Source: Macrostomum lignano (Eukaryota). From it: 64,000 bases of DNA. Shown here one piece after another: positions 1-12,700 of this stretch. The DNA is taken from NCBI GenBank assembly GCA_002269645.1, contig NIVC01000356.1, forward strand, positions 248,001 through 312,000, in the 5' to 3' direction. Both the position numbers and the translations under genes were made by a program. The notes beneath the pieces are model-generated. The model was not told the DNA's origin. It was given only the letters and a program-made list of their open reading frames with translations, and ran no database searches. Each line of letters opens with the position of its first letter. Within the stretch, counting starts at the first letter, position 1.

Positions 1-644
1 GGCTATATGATAACTATAGCAAGTATGGCTTTAAGTGTCGTTCAAATCGGCTACTACGACTATAAAAGAAAAAGTAGCATAGTAAGTTTTGGACCTTTTC
101 CACGGACCCAACTGTAATTCCTATAAAAGCATGAGCCTCGCTGAGAATTACTATATCTTTCAAAAGATGAGAAATTTCTTCCAGCACGCCTCGTATTAAG
201 GCTTTCCAAGTTCTAAGTTGGCATCAAACTGCTTGTTTACAATAAAGGCTTTTGTTTTCTTTGCTTCCAACGCCTGCGCTCTCACGTACCTTGGCTTCCA
301 ACGGGGCCTCTCTTTGCATTGCAATTTGCACAATTAGGAATGCCGAGCAAATGAGACAGCTTTCTCTCTTACTGATTATCTTATCTCAATGAGACACTGG
401 CCTCGAGTGTGCCACGAGGGCAGTGCCAGCGTGGCAGTGCCAGGGCAAGAGTGCTGACATTTGCAGAACCAACAGCGGCACTCGCCCACTTTCAGCGGTT
501 GCTCTAATTTAGTAAACAGCTTTCAGCTTTCCCAAAATGCCAGCGGCGTAAATCTAAGCAAAAGTGAATTGGTTTTTCATGCATTTTAAAACAAGAGATG
601 AAGCTTTGGAATTCATTTTTGTAACAATTTATTTTCGGCTGTTT

Positions 645-1172
645 AGCTGAATGGCTTCAAAATTTTAAATCAGTCATACTCAGTTTTCGAGAGAATTAAC
701 AATCAAAGCTGAATAGCTTCAAAATTTTAAATCAGTCATACTCAGTTTTCGAGAGAATTAACAATCAAAGTTGAATAGCTTCAAAATTTTAAATCAGTCA
801 TACTCAGTTTTCGAGAGAATTAACAATCAAAGCTGAATGGCTTCAAAATTTTAAATCAGTCATACTCAGTTTTCGAGAGAATTAACAATCAAAGCTGAAT
901 AGCTTCAAAATTTTAAATCAGTCATACTCAGTTTTCGAGAGAATTAACAATCAAAGTTGAATAGCTTCAAAATTTTAAATCAGTCATACTCAGTTTTCGA
1001 GAGAATTAACAATCAAAGCTGAATGGCTTCAAAATTTTAAATCAGTCATACTCAGTTTTCGAGAGAATTAACAATCAAAGCTGAATGGCTTCAAAATTTT
1101 AAATCAGTCATACTCAGTTTTCGAGAGAATTAACAATCAAAGTTGAATAGCTTCAAAATTTTAAATCAGTCA
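645..1172. repeat. 62-bp tandem repeat, about 8.5 copies
   Basis: Unit agctgaatggcttcaaaattttaaatcagtcatactcagttttcgagagaattaacaatcaa recurs every 62 nt (645, 707 ... 1141), nearly identical. Confidence 0.95.
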
Positions 1173-1521
1173 GTCTGAAGCTCCTTACTGGCTAGTTTTA
1201 TACATCATAGTGAATGCTTACTAGTGTGTTATCATATACTTTCTTGGGATAATATATCGATATTTGTCAAGCAACGATTAAGTTGGAAACCATGCAATAA
1301 AGCAGGTGCTAGCAAGATTTGAACACAAGACCTGTTCGTTTAACGAGGCACAGAAAGAAAGGAATAAACTTGATTGTCTGCAACCTAACTTTCTGACGGT
1401 TGCTCAACGCAAAGAGGCTTGGTTGGAATGTTAAACATGCAAATAGAAGCAGAACCGAAAGTCTAAAAAGTCACATTGAATTGGTCATCAACACGCTGTA
1501 GCCTGCCCAATCAATGAGATT

Positions 1522-3030
1522 TTAACGCCGTTCGAAAACAAGCTTGTGCTCCCTGGGCTTTCGCAGCACCCCAAGAGATCCTTTGAGGATCTCAGCTTCC
1601 TTGCCGACGAACTCCGGATCCAGGGAGACCCGGTAGCGCTGCATGATGGCGGTGAACATGAGGAATACCTCCATCCGAGCCAGACCCTCTCCTGCACAAG
1701 CTCGTCGACCAATGAGAAAAGGGACGTTCTTGCCTGTGCCAGTGAAGACTCCATTCTGGTCGAGGAAGTGCTCAGGATAAAACTCGTCCGGCTTGGCCCA
1801 GATTCGAGGATCGTGGTTAGAAACATACACACAAGGTATGATGATCGTATCCTTGGGAATTCTGTATCCATGGAAGACGGCTTCGCTCTTTGCGCGATGG
1901 AAGACTCCGACAGCGGCGAGAGAGAGAAACCGGTAAGCCTCCTCAATGACAGCGGTGGTAAAGTTCAGGCTTGGCTTATCTGACGTCTGGGTGCGTCTGT
2001 CCGAGCCAACCTCTTTGTCGAGCTCGCTGTGCACCTTCTTCTGGATGGCCGGGTGCACCGACATCAATATGAGGAGCCACTCTAAAGAACGCGCTGTAGT
2101 GTCAGTTCCAGCCAGGAAGAACTCCAGAACAACTCTGACGATCTGAAGTTCTCGAAAGGTTTCAAAGTCGCCAATTTTTTCGGCCTTTCGCTTTTCTTGG
2201 ATGTACACGTCGCAGAGACACTCCGGCTCCATTGAGTCGTCGACCAAGATGGACTCGCGAATTCGGATCTGCTCACGTATGAACACATGTAGTTTGAGCA
2301 TCAGGTTTGTGAAATAATTTGTCGCTGGCATCAGTTGAACAAAAATATTCATCCATGGGAAGAACAGTGGCAAATTAAGAACCACTGGAGTGTTGAAAAA
2401 GGTTTTGAGTGTGGTATTAAAGAACTCGAATTCCTTCTCATCTCTTTTGAAACGTCGATTGAGAGTGAGTTGCGCGATGACTCCGTTCGTTGCCTCCGTG
2501 AACGCGTCGAGAACTCGCAAGCTCTGCTTCTCCTCGATGGATTTCTCAAGAAGCTCGAAGATGATGTCGAGCTGTACATCGACCATCTCGGCAGATCGAG
2601 TTCTAGCGAATCCGAAGTCTCTTAGACTCTTCAGAGCAAGCCGACGCTGTTGAGTCCACATTTCTCCCTCGGAAAGAAATATTCCGCATCCTTCAGTGAT
2701 ACGCTTGAGGAATGGCGCATTCGGTCTTCCAGTAAAATTGTCGTCATTCAGCATCTGCCTGATGAGGTCATAGTTACAAACTGCTACCATTAGCTTGGAT
2801 CCCATTCGAAACGAAATCACGTCGCCGTAACTTTTTGACATTTGTTCGACGCATAGGTGCAGCTGATTCGGATCCAGCCACGGGAATCGACCAACAATGG
2901 GAAGCCCAATAGGACCTGGGGGCAGGTCTCTCGACCGGTACCATTGATAGGCCCCGTAGCAACCGAGCAGTGCAACAGGGAGACCGATGCTGAGGGCCGT
3001 CTTGTCAATACTCGATAGCAGGTGCGTCAT
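1522..3030 (-). CDS. Cytochrome P450, clan 2 (CYP2-like), intronless, 502 aa
   Basis: First ATG is at 3030 (the track start at 3087 is TTG); TAA at 1522-1524. N-terminal TM helix, LPPGPIGLP hinge, I-helix AGTDTT, K-helix EAYR, FYPEHF meander, heme motif FLIGRRACAG. Confidence 0.95.
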   Translation of the reverse strand: MTHLLSSIDKTALSIGLPVALLGCYGAYQWYRSRDLPPGPIGLPIVGRFPWLDPNQLHLCVEQMSKSYGDVISFRMGSKLMVAVCNYDLIRQMLNDDNFTGRPNAPFLKRITEGCGIFLSEGEMWTQQRRLALKSLRDFGFARTRSAEMVDVQLDIIFELLEKSIEEKQSLRVLDAFTEATNGVIAQLTLNRRFKRDEKEFEFFNTTLKTFFNTPVVLNLPLFFPWMNIFVQLMPATNYFTNLMLKLHVFIREQIRIRESILVDDSMEPECLCDVYIQEKRKAEKIGDFETFRELQIVRVVLEFFLAGTDTTARSLEWLLILMSVHPAIQKKVHSELDKEVGSDRRTQTSDKPSLNFTTAVIEEAYRFLSLAAVGVFHRAKSEAVFHGYRIPKDTIIIPCVYVSNHDPRIWAKPDEFYPEHFLDQNGVFTGTGKNVPFLIGRRACAGEGLARMEVFLMFTAIMQRYRVSLDPEFVGKEAEILKGSLGVLRKPREHKLVFERR

Positions 3031-4309
3031 TGATTCGCGATAGACAGGTAGACTTACGCGGGTAGCAATTTCTAGACTCGATGCCAAAGCTGATGCTCAC
3101 TTTTATTCAGGCAAAACTTGTAGAGGTTTTTGTTCACGTGGAAATTTTTACGTTTCGAGTTTCTGCACCTTAAAACTGCATGCAACCTTTCGAATTGCAA
3201 GTATCAAAGGGCCAGCTCACGCGTTTCACAACTATTTATTCAAAATCCGAACTGCACTTGTATGCTTGACGCGGCCAACCACCGACCGCCTGAATTCATA
3301 TTTGTCAGCTAGAATTATTTTTGTATTCGTCATGTGGTGATAAAAGAGTCTGTACTTTTGCTCTAGCTGGTAAATTGCAAGGTGCACAACATTGCTTGAA
3401 AATTTTATGACAAGCTTTTTAAGGGCTACATACTGTGTAGCGCCGCTTGGCTGTGCTCATTTACTATCACTGACTCACGTCGCGTATCTGCGAACTTTAA
3501 ATTTATTCTACTCATTGCCAATGTACGTAGCGTGCGCCCACGACACGTTGCATTCTATTGTATATATGCTAAAGCTTGAAACTGTTTGATCACGCTGTAG
3601 TGTTGGCGGCATGTTGCCAGATGTAAACCGTCATCAGGTCATCAACACATGCTGTCTGCAAAATTGATCTTCGAACTCAATTGCCTCAGTCGCCAACTCA
3701 ACGTGTTCTGGATTGCATGCACCCCCTTCTCTCTATCTCTGATCCCTCTGGCCCTACTCTATCTAAACCTGACTTCCTGTTGCCGAAATTTTAACTGTAA
3801 ATCGTGTTGTTTTCAAATACAAATATAACTGACGTCTCCACAAGCTGCCCTCTTAGGATGACCGAAATGCATTGCCATGGAATTTAAGAGCAAATAATTT
3901 TGCGTAATTGTGTAACCATATGGTTAGCTTAATTGGGGACTGATACTGACTGATTGCGAAATCGATTACGTCATAACTACTTGCTGCGACTTTTGCTATA
4001 ACGGACTTGTGGAGGTGAGTGCTGAATTCAATGTATTGTATTGAATGTATGCTTCAATTCATGCCATCGACTTCATGAGAGCTAAGCCTAAATGTGAATT
4101 TACTGAACTGCTTATGCAGCGACATGGTTTCGAATTTTTATAGAGATGTAAATTATTAAAAAAAATTTTTTTTTTGAAATGAAGGAAACTCAACGAAACA
4201 AAGAAAAAACATGCAATCATCATGTCAACAAAAAAGAAACGTCATGTCAAACATAAAGGAAGCGTCGTGTCAATCAAAAAATCAGCATCAGGTAAAAGAC
4301 TTACAGGAT

Positions 4310-4718
4310 TGCTGAGTTGTCAAGGCTCATGTGGGAAATTGCTGAGATGTCAATGGACTCATTGGGCGAATGGCTGGGATGTCAAGACTCATTGGGGGAA
4401 TGGCTGAGATGTCAATGGAATTATTGGGAGAATCGCTGAGATGTCAATGGACTTATTGGAGGAATTACTTAGATGCAATGGACTTATTGGGGGAATGGCT
4501 GAGACGTCAATGGACTTATTGGGGGAATGGCTGAGACGTCAATGGACTCATTGGGCGAATGGCTGAGACGTCAATGGACTCATTGGGCGAATGGCTGAGA
4601 TGTCAATGGACTCATTGGGCGAATGGCTGAGACGTCAATGGACTCATTGGGCGAATGGCTGAGATGTCAATGGACTCATTGGGGGAATGGCTGAGATGTC
4701 AATGGACTTATTGGGGGA
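4310..4718. repeat. 32-bp minisatellite
   Basis: Unit ggctgagatgtcaatggactcattgggcgaat repeated about 13 times with variants. Confidence 0.9.
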
Positions 4719-4719
4719 A

Positions 4720-4876
4720 GGAGAGGAGAGGAGAGGAGAGGAGAGGAGAGGAGAGGAGAGGAGAGGAGAGGAGAGGAGAGGAGAGGAGAGGAGAGGAGAG
4801 GAGAGGAGAGGAGAGGAGAGGAGAGGAGAGGAGAGGAGAGGAGAGGAGAGGAGAGGAGAGGAGAGGAGAGGAGAGG
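4720..4876. repeat. (GAGAG)n pentanucleotide microsatellite
   Basis: About 31 perfect copies. Confidence 0.97.
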
Positions 4877-5598
4877 TAGCTCTCAGCTATAGTGAGCTAG
4901 CCAATATATATTATGATGATACGAGCGCGTAGGATGTACATCGGTGCGCGCGCGTTACATACCAGGTAATAGCATTGAGCATGCACATTCACAACAAACA
5001 ACACATTACCTCAACCTCACCAAAGCAATTCTTCATCACCGCTTAAATGCCATAACTGACTCTCTTTCCGTATAAACCCAGGTGACAGGGAAGCATCCCC
5101 AAACATTGCGTAAACAACCGAGAAATACGAGCTAGAAAACTCCGTCTCTCTGATTTGGCTCGAGGCAGGGGCTGTCACCTTTATTACTCTTTGATACGAT
5201 AGATATTTTAGAGGATGGCAAGAGCTTTTCATCGACTATTCCCCGAGCCTCTGTCGTTCAGATGCTTTGCACACAAGCCCCATTTCTCCCAGGCTAATAA
5301 ATTGATAACAGCTACAGCAATTTTTGACATCCATTTTCTCTCAATACCTTGTCCTTGAATAACCGCAGGATTTTTTTCATATTTTTATTTGAATTTAGCT
5401 ATTATAATGGCCTACCTCTGCTAATTATTTTCTGGATAAACACCGTTTTCTATCAGATTCAAGTCGAAAAGACATGCTGCAAGAGGAAGCCCAACTTTCT
5501 ATACCAAATTAGCCGCAGAACCGGGTGTACAATCGTACACTACGAGTAATCTAGACAATTTAGGCAAGGTAAAGAAAATCATGCACATTTCTCGTGCC

Positions 5599-5634
5599 CC
5601 AATCTCAGCGTCCCTCTCGCTGGGGTATATAAAG
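5599..5634 (+). promoter_or_regulatory. Putative core promoter (CCAAT + TATA)
   Basis: CCAAT at 5599-5603 and TATATAAAG at 5626-5634, upstream of a GC-rich, CAG-rich exon-like region. Motif match only. Confidence 0.3.
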
Positions 5635-6003
5635 CGGGTGAGAGCCACCGCAGCAGCCGCAATCACTTCGGCAGCAGCAGCCGACAACAGCAGCCGACAA
5701 CAGCAGCACCAGCAGCTGTCTGCTGGCCGCCCGGCCGCTGAAGTCGCTATTTCTGATTTGTGGGGGCGAGCCGGTCCCTCACAGCCGCAGCAGCAACAGC
5801 AGCGTCTTAATTACGCTTAATAGCCTCACATCCAGCAGGCCTCCGAGCAGCTCCAGACACTGGCTAGACCCCATCGGGGCTGGCCGCCAGTGCTGGACTG
5901 TCAGGCGTGGGGTGGAAGGTCCGCTGGCCACGGACACGAAAGCTGGAATTCCGGCCCCTCTGCTGGGGTTGACCCTGGTGGACCTGGTGGCAGGCTCACC
6001 GAC

Positions 6004-7415
6004 ATGCCCTCTGCACACTCACGCGGCGACGCGGTGGTGCAAGGCCCCTGTCCTATGGTGAGCGGGGCAATGACGGCTGGCTGTGCCATGTTGCAGTCAG
6101 ACCGTTCCCGTAGGCCCATTGACCAGGTGACCCAGCGGGGCCGGCATCAACAACAACAACAACAACAGCAACAACAGCAGCAGCAGTCACAGCCTCCGGC
6201 CGCAAAGAGGAGACAACTACGAGCGTATAGGTGAGTCTTGCAAGTTTCTGCAAAAACAGATTTCTTCATCTTTGGCTTTCGCAAACTCTAAATTTGGGAT
6301 TATTGAATAATAGGGCTGTTCTCTGTAAACTGCTTTTCATCTTTGGCATTCATTTGGCTTTCGCAATCTCTAAGATAAGTTCAGCTTATTGAAATAATAG
6401 GACTCTCTGAAAAAAAACTGCTTTTCATCTTTAGCCTCATTTAGCTTACAATTTCGGACTGTCTGTCGCAGATGTATCATTGAAGTATAAAGGCCCGGGA
6501 AACTGCTTTTGGTTCAGCATTCAATTGGCTTTCAAAATTTCAAAAAGTAGAGCTAGATTGCATAATTTGGCAATGCCAGCAGAGGACAGTCATAAAATTT
6601 CAGGGGTCTATATGACTAATCATTGAACTAGAAGCAAAAACCGATCCTGCGGCGGCAGCGTTTTCTGGCACCCGGCAATTGATAGAAGGGGTTTGGCAAC
6701 AATAAAACTTGGCTGCTGCTGCTGCTACCGCGGGGTAATTAATCAGACATTTATGACAGCTTTAACAATCCAAAGCGGCCAATTGGGGCGGTTGCTGGGT
6801 GCCAAGGAGGGATACGAAACTAATGGAGACACGTTCCGATCGGGGGTTTCTTAAATTTGCGGCTCTCGGCGGAAAATAATGGCTGCTATACGGCAGGATC
6901 TGTTATCAGAGGGGTGATCAATCAAACATTTTTGACAGTCTAAACTTCGAAGCGGGGTCAATGAACCCCACATTCCTTTTGTTACCGTGCGCATTCTTAC
7001 AAAAAGGGGTATTCAGGAACGATGGGGTTAGGGTTTTTACAGCTCGCCGAATTTTGTTGCTTGGGTGTGGGGCGATACTACAACCTACGTCCATATACCG
7101 CAGCAACTGTATGATTGCCCAGTTTGTTTAAATGAAGACCTGGCTATGAAGCCTCCAACTATTTGTGAAAATTTTGACATCACGTATGCGGATCGTGCAT
7201 GCTTATCCAATGCTCACTATATAAAACAATGGGAAACCTGTCCTATGTGTAGCAGTAGTTTGCAACAATGCGCCTATTGTTATTCATGGGCGCACATTTC
7301 AATACTGCAACCAGAAATTTATTTTATTTGCATGCAATGCTTAAAGCGAACAGCCAGTAGAGGTCTCATAGGATGCCACTATTTATGGTTGTTACTATTT
7401 ATGGCGAACAATTAA
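6004..7415 (+). CDS. Putative two-exon polyQ protein with C-terminal Cys-rich (RING/PHD-like) region, about 199 aa
   Basis: Exon 6004-6230 (polyQ, PAAKRR) ends at ag|gtgagt (phase 2). Acceptor tttttacag| at 7042 opens exon 7043-7415 in matching phase (CPVC..C..C..H..CPMC..CAYC..WAH..FICMQC). The start codon is uncertain. Confidence 0.35.
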
Positions 7416-7440
7416 TCATCTTACTATTTATAACGCAAAG

Positions 7441-9490
7441 AAGAATTAGCCAACCGGGTCGAAAGGAACAAGGAGAAGACGCATGGGATGGCGGCGAAAA
7501 AGCGGGCGAAACGAGCCCAGCGAGAGCGAGTGTATTTGACTCGAGATCAAAGTGTTACAAGCAAAGGGGTAGTAGAAGCAGGGATAAAAGCAGAGGAGAA
7601 ATGCAGAGGTTTACCCAGAATGCAGAGGCAAGCACAAAGAAAAAAATTTAGCCAAGCATGCCAACGCAGAGGGGCAGAACCCGCGAATAAAAGGGCCGGC
7701 GCGACCCCAACCCCCACCACACCACACCACGCATAACGCACCCTCACCCCCACCCAGCGGGCAGGGGCACCGGCCCCGGTCAGCTAAAACCGATTACAGA
7801 GCCTTTAAACCGGCCCTGAAATCGCAACATTGGCCAACCAAGCCGAAAGGAACAAGGAGGCGCAGGAAGGTTCCACCATGCTGAGCGGTAGTGCACATAT
7901 GGCTGAGATGCCCTAGCAGTTTCTGCAACTTAGACTTCGACAAGTCTTGCCGCGATAGGCAGGTGCGAAGCAGGAGCTGTAGCTTCTTGGCTTTGTCAGC
8001 TGGGAAAGAGAGGCTCGCTTGTACGGTGTCGATGTCTGTCCCCAGGAACCGCAGCTTGGTTGTTGGCGGCACAGGTTTTCTCTGGTCTCTCGTAAGCACT
8101 CAGCTTCTGTCCTCGCCATGAGAAGAAAATCATCATCGATAAAGACGATGGTGACCAGGAAGCCTTTGCGGCACATCATACGCCGAACCGCTTGAGTGAG
8201 ACGATGGTAGATGCTGACAGAGGCACGACTGCCGAATGGTAGGCGCGTGTCCACTATGTAAGCTGAGCGCCCGTCGCCGAAGTCCCAGTGGATCCCGATG
8301 GCTTGGTAGCACTGCGGAGAAATAGACACAGCACGGTAGGCGGACGCGATGTCAACCTTCGCCATGAACCAGCCCGGCTGCATCAACCTGACGGCCTCAT
8401 CGACAGAAGTGAAGCGGAGCCTGCGCTGCTGGGCGTAATGGTCGTTCAGGCTTTGGCCGTGAGGAACGGAGCAGTCGTGGATCAGCCGGATGCTGGTGCT
8501 GTCCTTAGGAATCGCGCTGAGCGGGCAGACCATCGTGGGCTTGCCCGCCATTGGGATGCATCTGCCCAGACGGATTTCTTCTTCTAGGGCTGCTTGGACT
8601 TGGTCGCACTTCTTGGTAGGCGGATTGGTAGTTGCGTAGAAAACAGGGCGTAAAATCGAGGTCATAAGCGATAGGGAAGCCATGCTTGATGTCGTCAAGA
8701 ATAAAATTAGCGTCGTGGTCGCCGGCGAGCTCCAGGTGTGAGCTCAGTTTTTTGGGTGATTCTGCTCGGAATGGTTGCCCTCGCAGACTCGACAGGCATG
8801 CAGAAAGCGACGGTTTGTCCTTGAGCACGATCCGTTGGTGCTGTTGACAGACAGACATAGCTGACGGCCCGAGGATGTTTGCGGCCCAACGATGCGGTTT
8901 TTGTTAGGCTGGGGGCGCCTAGTAGCTGTCTGGTTCTGCTGGTCAGTCTTGGTTGCTGAGCAGGTGCCTGATAGACATCTGGGGCAGTCTTTGGCGGCGC
9001 GGTGCTGGCGGTAGTCGTGGTCGAATCGAACCACCCGGTGCACTGGAACACGGTCGAAGAGCTCGGCCACTTGGATGTTGTACCGGGCATAGTCCTTGGC
9101 ATTGTTTCACCGGGGTGTAAGGCTGGCCCTTGTTAGTACCTGATGCGACGTCTCTTCGAGCATCTGCAGCAGGATCCTCATGCTGCCTGATAGCCACTGT
9201 CCGACTGTCATGCCGTCTAATTTAGTTGTCGACTTCTTGAGCACCAGTCCGCCTGAGCTGCCCCGGGTGAGCAGCTCGTCGTCGACAAAGTCTTTGACGA
9301 GCATGACACGGCATCCAAGTCGGTCGGGGATTGGCATTCGCGCCGACGCGGTGCCTGTTTGGTTCAGGATTTCAGCGAGAATGTTTTGATGCTCACCTGA
9401 TTCCGTACCTAATGTCGCCCTGGCTCGTTCTCGCAACTCCCGCTCCTGCGTTTGTAGCGCCAGGAGCTGCAGCCGCTTTTACTGGGCCTC
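7441..9490 (-). mobile_element. DIRS/Ngaro-like tyrosine-recombinase retrotransposon, degenerate and internally deleted
   Basis: Gag-like ORFs (TVGQWLSGSMRIL; terminal Cys/His finger ...FLHACRVCEGNH). RT motifs IRLIHDCS, KVDIASAYR, LPFG, FIDDDF, then thumb FLGTDIDT..LLGHL. Frameshifted; no RNase H or recombinase visible. Confidence 0.85.
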
Positions 9491-9795
9491 AAATAATGAG
9501 AAAAAGCTGCACCTGCTTATTAACATAGATACAGATAGGCCTATGTCCGCTGTTATCCTATAAGACAAATTACTAAATAGAATAAAAAATATTTTAACTT
9601 TGGGCTTTGGCTTGGCCTGTACCTTGTGGCTTGTGCCTGTGGGCTGTGGCTTGTATAAGTTATAACAATTTAATAACAGCTGTGTCTCAGTGTCTGTAAA
9701 TAATGTATTACGATAAGTCAGCTGAAATTCTGTGATTAAATATAACTCAGCAGTCCATACCGATCGATTTTTTTCTTTCATTCAAGTAGAATTTA
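9491..9795 (+). repeat. Dispersed repeat, left part; interrupted by the palindrome
   Basis: Near-identical to the reverse complement of about 31740-32054 (one 10-bp indel). The family sequence resumes at about 18125-18240. Confidence 0.8.
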
Positions 9796-12700
9796 TTTTT
9801 TCCGGAATTTTAACATTTACAAATTTCTACTTGAATTTTAACAAAACGACTACAGTTTATGCTTATTTCAATAAAAAAATTAAACGCGCATTTGGACAGA
9901 TTCAAAATGAAAAGCACATTATTTTTAATTTTAAAAGCGTCTCATTGAAATATTTAGATTTAAATATGTTCTTAACTAGCGTTACATTATATTATATGTT
10001 TCAATATATTTTCAATGCAGAACATCTTAAATGTATGCAGAAATGAAGCTGTAATTGTTTCTGGGCTACACTCAAGATTTGTTGACGGGTCGAAAAACAC
10101 TGCCACCAAGAGTGAAGCTTGGTAGCCGAGGGCTATCAACTGCACTACGTATCGTGCAGAAACTGCAGGGTTTTGGAGGTGAGGTGGGTGTCAGAGCCAA
10201 TGCAAATTCAACGCCTATCTAAATACATTAGACCGATTCTAATTGGTCCAGAGTCATTATGTGAGACATTTATACTCTCATGTAAAATCTATACATGTAA
10301 CCAGTGTACACTGTATCGTACAGCAGCGACGAGTACAATATAGTACGCATAATTAGCGCTTCACCGTTGTTGTACGTAGAAACGCGCGCGCCCCCATCCC
10401 CACACAATGCAGCATTGGTGTACGCAGAATTAACTGTCCATATTAACTGTTCATATACCAAAAATTGGCAGAATTAACGCGCGCCGACCCACCCCATAAC
10501 TGTCCATATTATTACTTGTCCATATTTACTGTCCATCCCAAAATTGGTGTACGCGCAGAATTGTAGCGCCCGCCCACCCCATAACGGTCCATCGGAGAAT
10601 GTAGGTTTGAATATGCTGATAATTTATTCAAAATCACTTATAAAATACACATACTTTCATATAGAGGCGGGCCTGTACAAACTCTCGCCAAGCGATGGGG
10701 TGGAGGTTGCGTCATCCAAGCCTCTCCCCAAGTCAGACCCCAAATGCAGGACTGTGTTGAAGCAGTGCTTTATATTTCTATATTGACAGTGTGGATGATA
10801 CAAGACCTTTAATTGGTAATTATCAACTACTGCTTTACGGTATATCCTCACCCCTCGAAGCCCCTATACTGAATGTTGAACCACCCTTTAACTCGGATCA
10901 TAGTCAAATTCAACCCTGTTCGAAAACAGCCACCCCTCCGATGTTTACCAGACACAGCGCAGACACCATAACAAATCGAGCTAAATTTTAACACTCGCCC
11001 CTGTTTTCTCTGCCCCCCCCTTCTAAATGCCAAGGAATTTCGACCCTCTCTCCATTTTCAGTGTACAGACAGATCTTTCCACAGCACAGACCATATATTA
11101 AACTTCAAAACCCCTCTCTTCTCCGATTACGTCATCCATGCCGCCCCAGATAGCAAGAAACCAACTTTTAATGCACACATCAACCCCGCGAGCAAATCCG
11201 AGTCCGCCAACCTCTACCTGCATTGACAAACCCCAGCTGCATTTGTAAATGTACACAGCCTATGAATCAGTGTCTCCACCGCATGCAATTCTGATTTACT
11301 TGATCTAAACTTTGTAAATAGTATAAGTCACCCTTGCGTTTACTAGAAGTAGTGAAGTCCACAAATTTAAATACGCGAGGCTATTCAATTCTGCCTCTCC
11401 GCCTCCCCTACCTTCTCACTTCAAGCTTTCAGACTTGGTCTTTGAGACGGTCGGTTTAATCTGTTAGAAGCAGGAATGAATCATGCACTGACCTCTCCAT
11501 ACAAAGTAAAGTTGGAATTTCAGACAAGAAATTTGGTTATTTTAAAAGCTAAATGACTAGAAATGCACATTTTTTTCATTAAAATGCAGCTTTTCACAGT
11601 TTTTTTTCGATTTTAACCTTAAAATGCAGACTTTGTTGATCAAAATCAGTAGTTTCATCACTAGAAACCATACTTTCAACAGCTAATTTGTCCAAATGTC
11701 GCTTTCAACTTGACCTTAGACAGCTTTTAAGCAGGAATGAGCCCCACACAAACATCCACAAGCCAGCCCAAAATCATCCAAAGACATGGCTATTGAAGCC
11801 TAAATTGCTAGAAATGCGCATTTTTTCATAAGAAAATACAAATTTTCACAGTTTTTATGCATTTTTACGTTAAAATGCAGACTTTATTGATCAAAATCAG
11901 TAGTTTCATCACTAGAAACCATACTTTCAGCAACTAATTTGTCCAAATATCGCTTTCAACTTGACCTTAGACAGCTTTTAAGCAGGAATGAACCCCCACG
12001 AACATACACAAGCTAGCCCAAAATCATCCAAGGACGGCTGTTGAAGACTAAATTGCTAGAAATGAGCATTTTTTCATAAGAAAACACAAATTTTCACAGT
12101 TTTTACGCATTTTTTCGTTAAAATGCAGACTTTATTGATCAAAATCAGTAATTCATCACTAAAAACCACAATTTTAACACAAAATTATCACAAATGCTAC
12201 TTCTGGAACTCTGAGACAGCTTTGAGCAGGAATTATAATCGCACACGGATTACCCGAGCCAGTCCAATATTCCACTGAAGCCAGGGTTTTTTAAAGCTGA
12301 ATTGTTAGAATTGCTCATTCTTTCGTTTAATAAAGGCCAATTTTCACAGTTTTATTATTTTCTAACGTTAAAATGCGAAATGTATTGGTCAAACTTAGTA
12401 GTTTCATCCCAAAAGCCATAATTTCAACCGCTAATTTGTCCAAATGCTGATTTCAAAGTTGGCAAGAGACAGCTTTCGAGCAGGAATGAGTCACACACTG
12501 ATCTCCATATGCACACCCCGGCCCAAGTTGGAATTCCACCCAAGACATTTTCATTGAAAGCTAAATTACTAGAAATTGCACATTTTCGTTTTAAAAAGGT
12601 CAATTTTCACAGTTTTTACTCTTTTTAACGTTAAAATGCAGACTTTATTGAACAAAATTAATCACTTCATCAGCAGAAACCATAATTTTTACAACTTAAT

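Noticed and set aside
645-1172. CRISPR-like appearance of this and other regular arrays
   Set aside because: Units are head-to-tail with no unique spacers, there are no cas genes, and the context is eukaryotic.
3031-3087. 19-aa N-terminal extension of the P450 given in the ORF track
   Set aside because: It begins at TTG; the first ATG (3030) already precedes the membrane anchor.
10119-11033. Short ORFs in the palindrome arms as a transposase
   Set aside because: 60-80 aa, non-ATG or overlapping, with no DDE or other motif; duplicated only because the arms are mirrored.
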